This document shows, piece after piece, positions 1-9,293 of a DNA stretch of 64,000 nucleotides. This stretch comes from an uncultured Gammaproteobacteria bacterium. GTDB taxonomy: Bacteria > Patescibacteriota > Microgenomatia > 2-02-FULL-39-11. The stretch covers positions 1,123-65,122 of the forward strand of contig CAZFNL010000011.1 of NCBI GenBank assembly GCA_964520615.1, in the 5' to 3' direction. The position numbers and the translations under genes were made by a program. Position 1 is the first letter of the stretch; every line of letters starts with the position of its first letter. The notes beneath the pieces were generated by a model. It was not told where the DNA came from, made no database searches, and saw only the letters and a program-made list of their open reading frames with translations.

Positions 1-5
1 CACGC

Positions 6-1379
6 TTGACGGCAGCCCTAGCTGAGGTAAAACTTCGTGATTTCGGACTGCAAAATCATATAAATACCGCAGATACTTCTCAAATCCTCCATTTCGGCCC
101 GTTTTCTGTTGAATTTGTCCACGTCACCCACTCTATCCCTGATGCCACAAATCTTATTATAAGGACTCCTGTGGGCATCTTTTATCACGGTAGCGATTAT
201 AAATTTGACTGGACTCCTATTGACGGACAGCAAACTGAAGTCGGGAAAATTGCCAGAGTTTCATCGGAAGGAATTCTCTGCCTTTTGTCTGATTGCGTCA
301 GAGTGGAATCGCCAGGCTATACATTGCCTGAAAGAATTATTGAGGATACTCTTGAGGAGGAACTGCGTAAATGCCGGGGGAAATTTATTTTCACTACCCA
401 ATCTTCAAACATATCAAGAATCCAACAGGCCATAAATGTAGCTGTACGCAACAACCGTAAAATCGCCTTTTTGGGCAGGTCTATCGTGGAAAATGTGGAT
501 GTCACGAAAAAACTGCACTACCTGGAATTTCCGGATATTTTTGTGGTCCAGGAAAAGGAATTGAAACGCTATAAACCGTCAGATCTTTTCCTTATTGTTA
601 CCGGCAGCCAAGCCCAGCCCAACGCCGCTTTATCAAGGATTGCTGACGGATCACACAAGTTTGTCTCCATAAATCCAGGAGACACAGTCATCTTTTCTGC
701 TGACCCAATCCCGGGTTATGAAAATGCAGTCCACGGACTTATTGATGAGCTTACTGCTAAAGGTGCCAAGGTGGCATATTCAGACATTATGGATGCGCTT
801 CATGTCTCAGGACATGGGGCAGCCAATGATTTAGCTCTTATGATCGGCCTTACCCGGCCAAAATTTATTCTTCCAATAGGAGGAACCATCAGGCAAATGC
901 GCCGATATGCTGATATGGCAAAAGAAATGGGTTACAAGGATAATCAGATCTTACTTCCGGGAGAAGGAGATGTTTTGGAATTTGATGGCACGGGCAATGT
1001 CAGGAAAGCGGAAAACATTGATCTGAAAAATGTGATGGTCGACGGTCTGGGAGTAGGAGACGTAGGTAATGTAGTCATACGGGACAGGCAGACGATGGCC
1101 AACGAAGGAATAGTTGTTGTAGTGGTGCCGGTGGAACAATCAACCGGACGGGTGACTGCAGAACCTGATATCATTTCCAGAGGTTTTGTCTATATGAAAG
1201 AATCCACACGCCTGATTGATGGGGCCAAAAAAGTAGTCACCAATTCGCTCCGTCTCAAAAAAGGACGCATCTTTGATTGGCAATTTGTCAGAAAACAGAT
1301 AGAGGGCCGTCTTGAGGAATTCCTTTATAAGGAAACACACCGCAGACCTCTTATAATATCAGTTGTAGTTGAAGTATAA
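6..1379 (+). CDS. rnj: Ribonuclease J (metallo-beta-lactamase / beta-CASP RNase), N-terminus truncated by window start
   Basis: ORF runs from the first in-frame codon. Contains the HGSDYKFDWTP and HVSGHGAANDL motifs typical of RNase J, plus the C-terminal RNase J domain. At 457 aa versus ~555 expected, the N-terminus lies outside the window. Confidence 0.8.
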   Translation: MTAALAEVKLRDFGLQNHINTADTSQILHFGPFSVEFVHVTHSIPDATNLIIRTPVGIFYHGSDYKFDWTPIDGQQTEVGKIARVSSEGILCLLSDCVRVESPGYTLPERIIEDTLEEELRKCRGKFIFTTQSSNISRIQQAINVAVRNNRKIAFLGRSIVENVDVTKKLHYLEFPDIFVVQEKELKRYKPSDLFLIVTGSQAQPNAALSRIADGSHKFVSINPGDTVIFSADPIPGYENAVHGLIDELTAKGAKVAYSDIMDALHVSGHGAANDLALMIGLTRPKFILPIGGTIRQMRRYADMAKEMGYKDNQILLPGEGDVLEFDGTGNVRKAENIDLKNVMVDGLGVGDVGNVVIRDRQTMANEGIVVVVVPVEQSTGRVTAEPDIISRGFVYMKESTRLIDGAKKVVTNSLRLKKGRIFDWQFVRKQIEGRLEEFLYKETHRRPLIISVVVEV

Positions 1380-2100
1380 TTTTTCCATGAAAGTTTTAAT
1401 AATTAAAAATATCTCCCGTGAGGGTCCGGGAATTCTCCTGCAGCTTCTAGATCAGTATCTTATTAAATATGATCTTACAGATATAAGTAGAAATGAAATA
1501 ATACCTGATCCAATCAGTTACAATGCAATGTTTGTTTTTGGCGGACCGTCCAGTGCCAACGACACGACACAACGTATGACGGATGAATTGGCCAAAATCA
1601 AAACTGCAGTAAATTCCCATATCCCTTATTTTGGCTTTTGCCTGGGGATGCAAACTCTGGTCAAAGCCATTGGAGGGAAAGTGCTGAAAAACCCCATACC
1701 GGAAATCGGCTGGAAGGATAACAACGATAAATATTACAGCATTGATCTCACTCCCGCAGGAATGAAAGATGCTTTATTTTCAGGATTGGCTTCACCTCTA
1801 CCCATTTTCCAACTGCACGGTGAAACTGTTGAGCTTACCTCAAATATGAAGATTTTAGCAACCGGAAAACATTGTAAGACACAAGTGATAAAAGTCGGGG
1901 AAAAAGCTTATGGAACTCAGGGACATCCGGAACTGACAGATGAAATGTTTGAGTTATGGCTATCAGAGGATGATGATCTCAAAAAGTTAGACAAATATAA
2001 ATTAAGAAGTGACTGGCACCGGATAAGAATTGAATATGAAACAAACGGAAAACAACTACTCACTAATTTCCTCAAAATAGCTAACCTGGTAAGTATTTAA
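1369..2100 (+). CDS. Class I glutamine amidotransferase-like protein
   Basis: FGFCLGMQTL nucleophile-elbow motif (Cys) and a downstream GTQGHPE His motif, as in type-1 GATase/GuaA-like domains. Start overlaps the rnj stop; the true start may be the M at 1387. Confidence 0.6.
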   Translation: MKYNFSMKVLIIKNISREGPGILLQLLDQYLIKYDLTDISRNEIIPDPISYNAMFVFGGPSSANDTTQRMTDELAKIKTAVNSHIPYFGFCLGMQTLVKAIGGKVLKNPIPEIGWKDNNDKYYSIDLTPAGMKDALFSGLASPLPIFQLHGETVELTSNMKILATGKHCKTQVIKVGEKAYGTQGHPELTDEMFELWLSEDDDLKKLDKYKLRSDWHRIRIEYETNGKQLLTNFLKIANLVSI

Positions 2101-2300
2101 TTTTTTGTAAAAGTCCGGCCGTCTGGAGTTTTGCAGATTTGAGGACTTGATTGTATAACCGGATATCCCGCCTCGGCACATGAGCCAAAATCTTTTACAA
2201 TTTCAAGTTTTTCCCTAGGACTTTGAACAAAAAGCAGAATTGTCAAAAGTAAAATTATTGCAATAGCTCCAGCTGCAACAAATATTTTTATTGCTTTCAT
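2097..2300 (-). CDS. Small secreted/membrane protein, hypothetical
   Basis: 67 aa with an N-terminal hydrophobic signal-like segment (IFVAAGAIAIILLLTILLF). No recognisable family. Confidence 0.35.
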   Translation of the reverse strand: MKAIKIFVAAGAIAIILLLTILLFVQSPREKLEIVKDFGSCAEAGYPVIQSSPQICKTPDGRTFTKN

Positions 2301-2753
2301 GCTATCTTATATTATCAGAAAATATCGCTCATACCATATTATACCCGGAGTTTCTGGATATTAAATTCTATAACTTATTCAATCTGACGCTGACAGAACC
2401 TCCATTAATACCATGGATTTGTATGGATACTTGATGACCGACAACATTTTCCGGTAAGTCTAAACAGTTTGCATCATGAAGACTCATGAATTTATCTTTA
2501 TTTGCCCTTGCCATACTTTTTGCCGCCTAAACTTCTTTTTGACCCGGACGTGTCACTAATTTCCAATCTTCCAAACTGCTCACTATTTTCTTCTTCTGAA
2601 CACAAAATATATCAATTTTAACCAAATGAACTGTCCCCACCTCCATAAGAGGCCGTCTGTCTCTCTCCCATCTCATTTTATAAACCAAAGAGTTTTTAAC
2701 ATTTAGCCGTAAATAGTAATCCAGATAAAGTTATTTTTCCAGTAGAGATTATT

Positions 2754-3374
2754 TTAGGAAGGACAAGACATGTTTAACATTTCCTTTATTTTTCCAATCG
2801 ATCGCTTAGGATTATTGGAATCAAATAGGATTGTACTCCAACCCAAACTTTCTGCAACTTCCACATTTATTTTTAGATCATCAATAAACAATATCTCCCA
2901 ATGATTCACTTTTGCCTTTTTCCGTGCGTGTTCGTAGATTGCACGTTCGGGTTTGATTATTCCTATCTGACATGACTGGATTACCTCCGCGTAAGGCAGT
3001 TTTGGCACGAGTCCCTTTTCCAGTGAAAACTCGTATGTACCTTGGTGGATGTTTGTCAAAAGGCCAACCGGGATCTTTCTTATCAGATTTTTTACAAAGA
3101 CGTGTGTTTCTAAAATTGGCGAGAAACAGTTGAAAACAAAAGATTGTATATCGTCATTTTCATATTTCTCAAAATGCAAATCACTGGCTACTTTACCCCA
3201 TATTTCCTGTACACTAATCAACCCTCTGCAGGAAATCTCATCGTACTTGGCAAAACTTTCTGAAACTTCCTTTTCACTGTGTTGATATTTCCTGGCGACC
3301 TCCCCCAATGCTTTTCTCCATGAAAACATCACTCCGCCTATATCAAAATAGACAAATTTGATTTTGGAATTCAT
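2754..3374 (-). CDS. HAD-superfamily hydrolase
   Basis: N-terminal VYFDIGGVMF (DxG motif I) and C-terminal ILFIDDLKINVE (motif IV), as in HAD class IA phosphatases. Confidence 0.6.
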   Translation of the reverse strand: MNSKIKFVYFDIGGVMFSWRKALGEVARKYQHSEKEVSESFAKYDEISCRGLISVQEIWGKVASDLHFEKYENDDIQSFVFNCFSPILETHVFVKNLIRKIPVGLLTNIHQGTYEFSLEKGLVPKLPYAEVIQSCQIGIIKPERAIYEHARKKAKVNHWEILFIDDLKINVEVAESLGWSTILFDSNNPKRSIGKIKEMLNMSCPS

Positions 3375-3416
3375 AACGAGATACCATTATACAATTTTCA
3401 GAAAAGTTTCCCAAAA

Positions 3417-3836
3417 TTATCTGAAAGCGATAAGAAATCCAAAACCTATAAAAACGAGCCCTATTAAAAGATTAACGGATAATGCCTCTCCCAAGATGAA
3501 AAAAGACGCAACCGCCCCAAAAAGAGGAATAAGCACCCAGAAAGTATTTATTTGCCAGATGGGAAGATAATTGAATGACTGTATGAGAAGAAAATATCCA
3601 AAGGCATTTATTATACCTGCCAAAGCCAGAATTAAAATGGCGTTTTTATTATCAAAAACATTCTGGTAAGAACGGCTTACTATAAAAAAAGGCAAAACGC
3701 TCAACCACAAAACTGCAATCTGTACAATCATTGTAGCAAATGAGTTTAGCCCAGCTTTTTTCAGAAGAGGATTCACAACTCCATAAGCGGCCATTGAAAC
3801 AACCATTAATGTAACACCTAATACAGTCTTACTCAT
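3417..3836 (-). CDS. DMT/EamA-family small membrane transporter (4 TM)
   Basis: 139 aa with four hydrophobic helices, resembling an EamA half-transporter. Confidence 0.5.
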   Translation of the reverse strand: MSKTVLGVTLMVVSMAAYGVVNPLLKKAGLNSFATMIVQIAVLWLSVLPFFIVSRSYQNVFDNKNAILILALAGIINAFGYFLLIQSFNYLPIWQINTFWVLIPLFGAVASFFILGEALSVNLLIGLVFIGFGFLIAFR

Positions 3837-3928
3837 TTAAGTATCTCCAGTTTCTCATCTAATAAAAGATATTTCAATAATAATCTACAAAGAACTGATA
3901 CCGTTTACCTATCTGTTATAATGTATTT

Positions 3929-4318
3929 GTGGCTACTGACAATAAAAATATTAAAAACAAACTGACAAAAGAACAGTATAACATCTGTTTTCTCAAAGGT
4001 ACGGAGCCTCCATTTTCCGGAAAATATGTGGATAATCACGACAAAGGTATGTACGAATGCGTTTCCTGCAGACTGCCTCTTTTTTCCTCAACTGCCAAAT
4101 TCGATTCGGGTACCGGCTGGCCCAGCTTCTGGGAAGAAGTAAACGAAGGCAATCTGAGATTGGAAAGGGACAACTCTTTGGGGGAAAATCGAACAGAGGT
4201 ATGCTGCAGCCGATGTGGGGCTCATCTGGGACATGTCTTTTTTGATGGCCCCATGCCCACAGGAAAAAGATTTTGCATCAATTCTCTAGCTCTTGGATTC
4301 AAACCAGATATAAAATAA
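3929..4318 (+). CDS. msrB: Peptide-methionine (R)-S-oxide reductase MsrB
   Basis: CVSCRLPLF ... GWPSFW ... [17 protein letters not shown], the SelR/MsrB zinc-binding and catalytic motifs. Uses a GTG start. Confidence 0.85.
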   Translation: MATDNKNIKNKLTKEQYNICFLKGTEPPFSGKYVDNHDKGMYECVSCRLPLFSSTAKFDSGTGWPSFWEEVNEGNLRLERDNSLGENRTEVCCSRCGAHLGHVFFDGPMPTGKRFCINSLALGFKPDIK

Positions 4319-4357
4319 CCGTCAATCTCCTCCCGCTTATTGCCCTTAATTATCAGT

Positions 4358-5389
4358 CTATTTGAAAGGCGTCACATCACAATTATTGTTTGACTCATTA
4401 CAACCAATCTTTATCCAATCATAAAATACTCTTGGATCTCCTTCTATGGCGTAGATTACTTTATCCACATCACTGGTACCGGCATGTTTTATAGTTTCAT
4501 TTGATTCGGCCAAAAATTCATTACTTTGGCAGGAAGATGACGCTGTAGGAATAATATTTCTGATATCATTTAAATTGACAAAGGCCGTCATATTTTTTAT
4601 CGTTATGCTTTTCAGTATATTTGCCGTGTCACTTGAGAATATTGACGTGAAGCCATGGCTCTTCTCCTTGTCTGTCGGACCTTTATACAATTCTTCAAGC
4701 GATGTCTTTACTACGTCATAAGTAGGAATGATTTTTCTGTCTGCCGGATAGACCAAACTACAATTATGGTTACCATATGGAGATAAATTCCTATTGGCAT
4801 AAAAGACTGTAACTTTATCGGATGATATTCTTTTCTGTCTAGTCACAGAATTGCAATCAATACTGTTTATCCTCCAGCTTGTTCCAGAGATTCTCAATCC
4901 TACAGGAAACATCTCTTCCTCACTTCCAAAAGTTTCTATTAAGCTCACATTAGCACTAGTATCTGAACGTGAGGAAAGTTTTGTACTTATATCTTCTGGT
5001 TTTTTATCAGAACAATAAAAGGGGTCATACGGGAAAGAGGTAGATGGCGGTGAAACAGCAGATGCGATTTTAAGCTTTAGCTCCTCGCTTAAATAATTGC
5101 TGTCCTTATATGAAGTCTGGTCGTTCTGCTTCATATACCAATTATAAAAATTATTTACGGCTTTCTCTGGACTGTCTGAAACAATCACTGATGAGTCTTC
5201 CTGCAAACAGTTTTCGGATGGCATAGGTCGGGAAGGATTACCATGTTTTATCCACATTCCATTTTGGCATATCCATGTATCCTCATCGCCTCCCGTCAGA
5301 AACCGCAAGGATAGTATTAAACCAGCACCCAACATAATAAGAACAAGAAGAAATAGAAATACCGATAATCCTTTATTTAGAAATTTCAT
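4358..5389 (-). CDS. Membrane-anchored secreted protein, hypothetical (Cys-containing extracellular domain)
   Basis: N-terminal signal anchor (LSVFLFLLVLIMLGAGLILSL) followed by a 300-aa extracellular region with several Cys. No confident family; possibly a GerMN-like fold. Confidence 0.45.
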   Translation of the reverse strand: MKFLNKGLSVFLFLLVLIMLGAGLILSLRFLTGGDEDTWICQNGMWIKHGNPSRPMPSENCLQEDSSVIVSDSPEKAVNNFYNWYMKQNDQTSYKDSNYLSEELKLKIASAVSPPSTSFPYDPFYCSDKKPEDISTKLSSRSDTSANVSLIETFGSEEEMFPVGLRISGTSWRINSIDCNSVTRQKRISSDKVTVFYANRNLSPYGNHNCSLVYPADRKIIPTYDVVKTSLEELYKGPTDKEKSHGFTSIFSSDTANILKSITIKNMTAFVNLNDIRNIIPTASSSCQSNEFLAESNETIKHAGTSDVDKVIYAIEGDPRVFYDWIKIGCNESNNNCDVTPFK

Positions 5390-5480
5390 TAACAGTCTGA
5401 AGGTTATAACTCGTCCATCAGGGAAAAATGTATTTTAACACCTTTTTTCCCGTAATTCTATTTATTAGGTATAAGATAAG

Positions 5481-5984
5481 TCATCCTGACGGCTCCAGCG
5501 TCAGGAATGTGTAATGAAAGCTATTATGGTAACCTTCGCTTTTTGCCACAATTTTGGCAAAACGTGAATAGTCGGGGAAAAAAGTGTCAGCAGTCGGATA
5601 TCTACCCTGCACTACTGTCAGATAAAGCCTATCCACCAGGTTTATCGTTTGTTTATAAATCTGTCCTCCTCCAATAATAAAAATTTCTTTGCTACCGGTC
5701 TCTTTTGCTGTTTGCAATGCCGCCTCGACTGAACTTACCACTAGACATTGAGCTAATTTAAGAGAAATATCTCGGGAGACAACAATATTTATACGGTTGG
5801 GTAAAGGCCGGCCGATTGACTGATAAGTGGTTCGGCCCATAATGACCGGATGATATCTAGTCAATTCCTTAAACCTTTTTAAGTCATCAGGTATGTGCCA
5901 AAGCAGTTTGTTTTCTCGTCCCAATTCCCTATTTTCACCTATAGCTGCAATAATACCGACAATCTGGCTTTTAACATTTTTCAT
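5481..5984 (-). CDS. folA: Dihydrofolate reductase
   Basis: IVGIIAAIGENRELGRENKLLWHIPDDLKRFKELT...IMGRTTYQSIG, the canonical DHFR N-terminal motifs. Lies immediately downstream of thyA. Confidence 0.85.
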   Translation of the reverse strand: MKNVKSQIVGIIAAIGENRELGRENKLLWHIPDDLKRFKELTRYHPVIMGRTTYQSIGRPLPNRINIVVSRDISLKLAQCLVVSSVEAALQTAKETGSKEIFIIGGGQIYKQTINLVDRLYLTVVQGRYPTADTFFPDYSRFAKIVAKSEGYHNSFHYTFLTLEPSG

Positions 5985-6025
5985 TCCTTATCCATGATTC
6001 TTACTTCTTAATTCATAATTCATAA

Positions 6026-6988
6026 TTAAAATCCTCCTACCACCGTTATCTCTCCTTTTATCGGCGGGTAAGGATCATACCCTTCAACGCTGAAGTGTTC
6101 AAAACGGAAATCATCTATCTTCCTAATTGAAGGATCAACTTTCATGACAGGAAAATGTCTGGGAGTGCGACTCAGTTGTTCTTTCACTTGGTCGAAATGG
6201 TTTTCATAAATATGTGCATCCCCAAATGTATGAATAAATTCTCCAGGTTTATATCCCGTCACCTGAGCCAACATTAGAGTAAGCAGGGCATAACTTGCAA
6301 TGTTAAAAGGCACTCCTAAAAACATGTCGGCGCTACGTTGGTAAAGAAGAAGAGAAAGTTTGTCACCGGTAATATTTATATGGTACATCGTGTGGCAGGG
6401 AGCAATTACCATGGATGCGGAGTGGCTGCCGGACATTTCATAAATACAGCCTGCATTCCAGGCAGAGATGACATAGTGTTTCTTTTGTGGATATTTTTTT
6501 ATCTTCTCTATTGCCCACCCCAACTGATCAACTGTCTTTTTGCCACCGGCTGGCCAGCGTCTCCACTGTACACCATAGACCGGCCCCAACTCTCCCCACT
6601 TAGCCAAGAATTTTTTATCTGACTGAATTTTTTGCAGAAACTCATCATAAGCCAATTTTTGCACCTTACCCTCATCAGTCGCCCACTGATATTTTTTATA
6701 AGCCCATTCATCCCAAATATGGACATTATTTTCCACCAGGTATTTTATATTTGAAGAACCGGAGAGAAACCAGATAAGTTCGTGAATTATTCCTCTAATG
6801 AATACTTTTTTTGTCGTCAAAAGAGGAAATCCTTTAGACAGGTCAAATCTTATCTGTCGTCCAAAAACGCTTTTTAGCTTGACACCTGTGGAATGGCTTA
6901 TTTTCCATTGCCCGTTATCCAAAATATCAGCAAGCAAGTTAAGATATTGGTATTCTGGATGGGATTTATCTTTTTGCGCCATAGACAA
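6026..6988 (-). CDS. thyA: Thymidylate synthase ThyA
   Basis: Active-site IAPCH motif and the YLNLLADIL N-terminus. A 320-aa ThyA-type protein, co-oriented with folA. Confidence 0.9.
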   Translation of the reverse strand: MSMAQKDKSHPEYQYLNLLADILDNGQWKISHSTGVKLKSVFGRQIRFDLSKGFPLLTTKKVFIRGIIHELIWFLSGSSNIKYLVENNVHIWDEWAYKKYQWATDEGKVQKLAYDEFLQKIQSDKKFLAKWGELGPVYGVQWRRWPAGGKKTVDQLGWAIEKIKKYPQKKHYVISAWNAGCIYEMSGSHSASMVIAPCHTMYHINITGDKLSLLLYQRSADMFLGVPFNIASYALLTLMLAQVTGYKPGEFIHTFGDAHIYENHFDQVKEQLSRTPRHFPVMKVDPSIRKIDDFRFEHFSVEGYDPYPPIKGEITVVGGF

Positions 6989-7265
6989 TTCTCTTTTTAT
7001 TATTTAACTCCAATATTTTAGTTTACTCCGAAGCGATAGTAAAGTAGAAAATTACCAATATAGAATAATAAAAGCGAAGCATGTGAAAATTTTTGAAAAT
7101 CGCATACGGAACGCTTATTCCAACTGAATATGTAGATAGTGATATGTAATTATATTCAATAATACACTTATTACAACGCACTGACAGAATTTCCCATCCT
7201 TGCGGACTAGAAAATTTTCATTGCGAGCTTTTAGAAAGTTAAGTGAAAATCGCTATATAATATAA

Positions 7266-7544
7266 ATGATGGCAAAAAAGAAAAACTGGTCAGGATATGT
7301 CATTAAACACAGCTTTGCTCTGGATCTTGAAGAAGGAGTCTTTACATGGGATGACCCCAAACGAATTGCGCTTTCGCTTAAACAAAGCGCCGAAAACAGC
7401 CTGCGCCGCAAAACTACACCATTTCAGTCAGCCATGTCCATGCTGAATTTCTATATCAACCGTGCCGGTAAGAAATTGCCGGAGGAAAAAAGGGCAATTT
7501 TAGAAAAGGCAAAAATAGAACTCAGGAAAGCATTCAAGAAATAA
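7266..7544 (+). CDS. Small basic hypothetical protein
   Basis: 92 aa, Lys-rich. No recognisable family. Confidence 0.4.
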   Translation: MMAKKKNWSGYVIKHSFALDLEEGVFTWDDPKRIALSLKQSAENSLRRKTTPFQSAMSMLNFYINRAGKKLPEEKRAILEKAKIELRKAFKK

Positions 7545-7560
7545 TATCCTCCTTGTCATA

Positions 7561-8364
7561 TTAAGAATGACGCGTCAAGAGTCCTTTTTCTTTTACTATT
7601 ATGTACATGCGGTAAAAGAAAACGACAGCAACGACAATATAGATAAGATTTAACCCTAACGCCCAAACAAATTCATTCCATAAAAATGTCTTATGAAGGA
7701 TGGCACCGCGCATCCCTTCAAAAACATGTGAAACCGGGAAGATAAAAGCGATTTCCTTTACAGTATCCGGCAGGATTGATACAGGATACCAGACTGCCGC
7801 AAGCGGGGTAAAAAGCCAGGGCATACTCCAGGCAAAATCCTCGACTTTAGTCCCGTATCTCAAAATAAGCGCTGAAGTTATGATACCTATTGACCAGCCG
7901 AATATGACAAGGTTGCTAAAAAAGGCCCAGAGAGAAATCCCGAGAGTAAAAAGATTGAATGAGTAGAAAAGCATGGCGACAAATGACGCAGTCAAAAGGG
8001 TAGCAACAATTTTTATCAAGCCAAGAAACAATGTAGCTACCAGAAACTCCGAAGGCCGCAAGGGGGAGGCAAAAAGATTGGGCAGATTGCGTGACCAGAT
8101 ATCATCAAGAAGTGAGACCGATATAGACTTTGAAGTATTATTGAAAATACTCCAAAGAATCATTCCTGACAAAAACAGGCTGGCAAAAAAAGGAAATCCG
8201 CTAGTCGTCTGGTTAAGATACACACTTACAAAACCCCAGATAACTACATCCATTGCCGGCCAATAAAAAATTTCAGTCAATTTACCCAATTCCCTTTTTA
8301 TTAGGTAAAAATATCTCCACAATAATGCAATTACTCTATAGAATTTCATGCACACCTCCTGCAA
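7561..8364 (-). CDS. ABC-2 type transporter permease
   Basis: Six-TM profile and overlaps the stop of the upstream ATPase gene. Start may be the M at 8349. Confidence 0.65.
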   Translation of the reverse strand: MQEVCMKFYRVIALLWRYFYLIKRELGKLTEIFYWPAMDVVIWGFVSVYLNQTTSGFPFFASLFLSGMILWSIFNNTSKSISVSLLDDIWSRNLPNLFASPLRPSEFLVATLFLGLIKIVATLLTASFVAMLFYSFNLFTLGISLWAFFSNLVIFGWSIGIITSALILRYGTKVEDFAWSMPWLFTPLAAVWYPVSILPDTVKEIAFIFPVSHVFEGMRGAILHKTFLWNEFVWALGLNLIYIVVAVVFFYRMYIIVKEKGLLTRHS

Positions 8365-9103
8365 TTTTCAAAAACACTTCTTCAAGATCAGGCTCTTCCT
8401 TTTCTATTTTCAGTATATTTTTAGTCACTTCTGTCGGGTTACCCTTTGCAATAATTTTTCCTTTATGCAAAAGGACAAGATAATCACACATCTTTTCCAA
8501 TTCAGCCATATTATGAGAGGTATATATTATTGTCAAACTGCGTTCCTTCTGTATACTTTTCAAAATTTTCCTTGTCTTATCGGCAATATAAGGATCAAGA
8601 CTTGCAGTTGGCTCATCAAGAAAAAGCACTTCAGGATCGTTTATCAGTGACTTGCATAAATTTAATCTTGTTGCCTCACCCGAAGAAAGATTATTTACTC
8701 TCTGGTTTCTCAATTCCCATATCTCAAATCTTTCCATTAGTTCCCTTATCTTTTCTTTCAGAGAAGAAACATGATAAAGCTTGGCAAAGACCATGAGGTT
8801 TTCCCAGGCAGACAGCCTCCAATCCATATTGGTATAGCTGCTGGAAAAATTTATTTTCTGCAGTATCTCCTCAGTGTGTCCGGAAAAATCCAAACCGAAG
8901 ATTCTGATGGAACCGGACGAGGGAGTAATGAGGTTTAACAGCATTCTTATAGTTGTCGTCTTACCTGCACCATTTGGACCCAGTAGTCCCATAATTTCAC
9001 CTTCTTTTATAACAAACGATAATCTATCAACAGCGGTAAATCCGCCGGCTCGCCCATCGAATTTTTTAGTCAAGTCTTTTACTTCAACGATATTTTCTCC
9101 CAT
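8336..9103 (-). CDS. ABC transporter ATP-binding protein
   Basis: Walker A GPNGAGKTTT, signature LSSGE, Walker B LFLDEPT. Confidence 0.85.
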   Translation of the reverse strand: MGENIVEVKDLTKKFDGRAGGFTAVDRLSFVIKEGEIMGLLGPNGAGKTTTIRMLLNLITPSSGSIRIFGLDFSGHTEEILQKINFSSSYTNMDWRLSAWENLMVFAKLYHVSSLKEKIRELMERFEIWELRNQRVNNLSSGEATRLNLCKSLINDPEVLFLDEPTASLDPYIADKTRKILKSIQKERSLTIIYTSHNMAELEKMCDYLVLLHKGKIIAKGNPTEVTKNILKIEKEEPDLEEVFLKIAGGVHEIL

Positions 9104-9293
9104 GTAAATCCCATTTTAACTTATGATTCTACGCTTCACAATGAAAAAGCACTTGACATTGCGCTGATAATACTATAGGATATTAATACCTTTATCTTTT
9201 TTTAATGAAGATAATCCTGATATAATAAGCTAGAACTTATATCAAAATGAGTTGATTGTGAGTTATAGCTTTCATAGGATTAAAACCTAGGTT

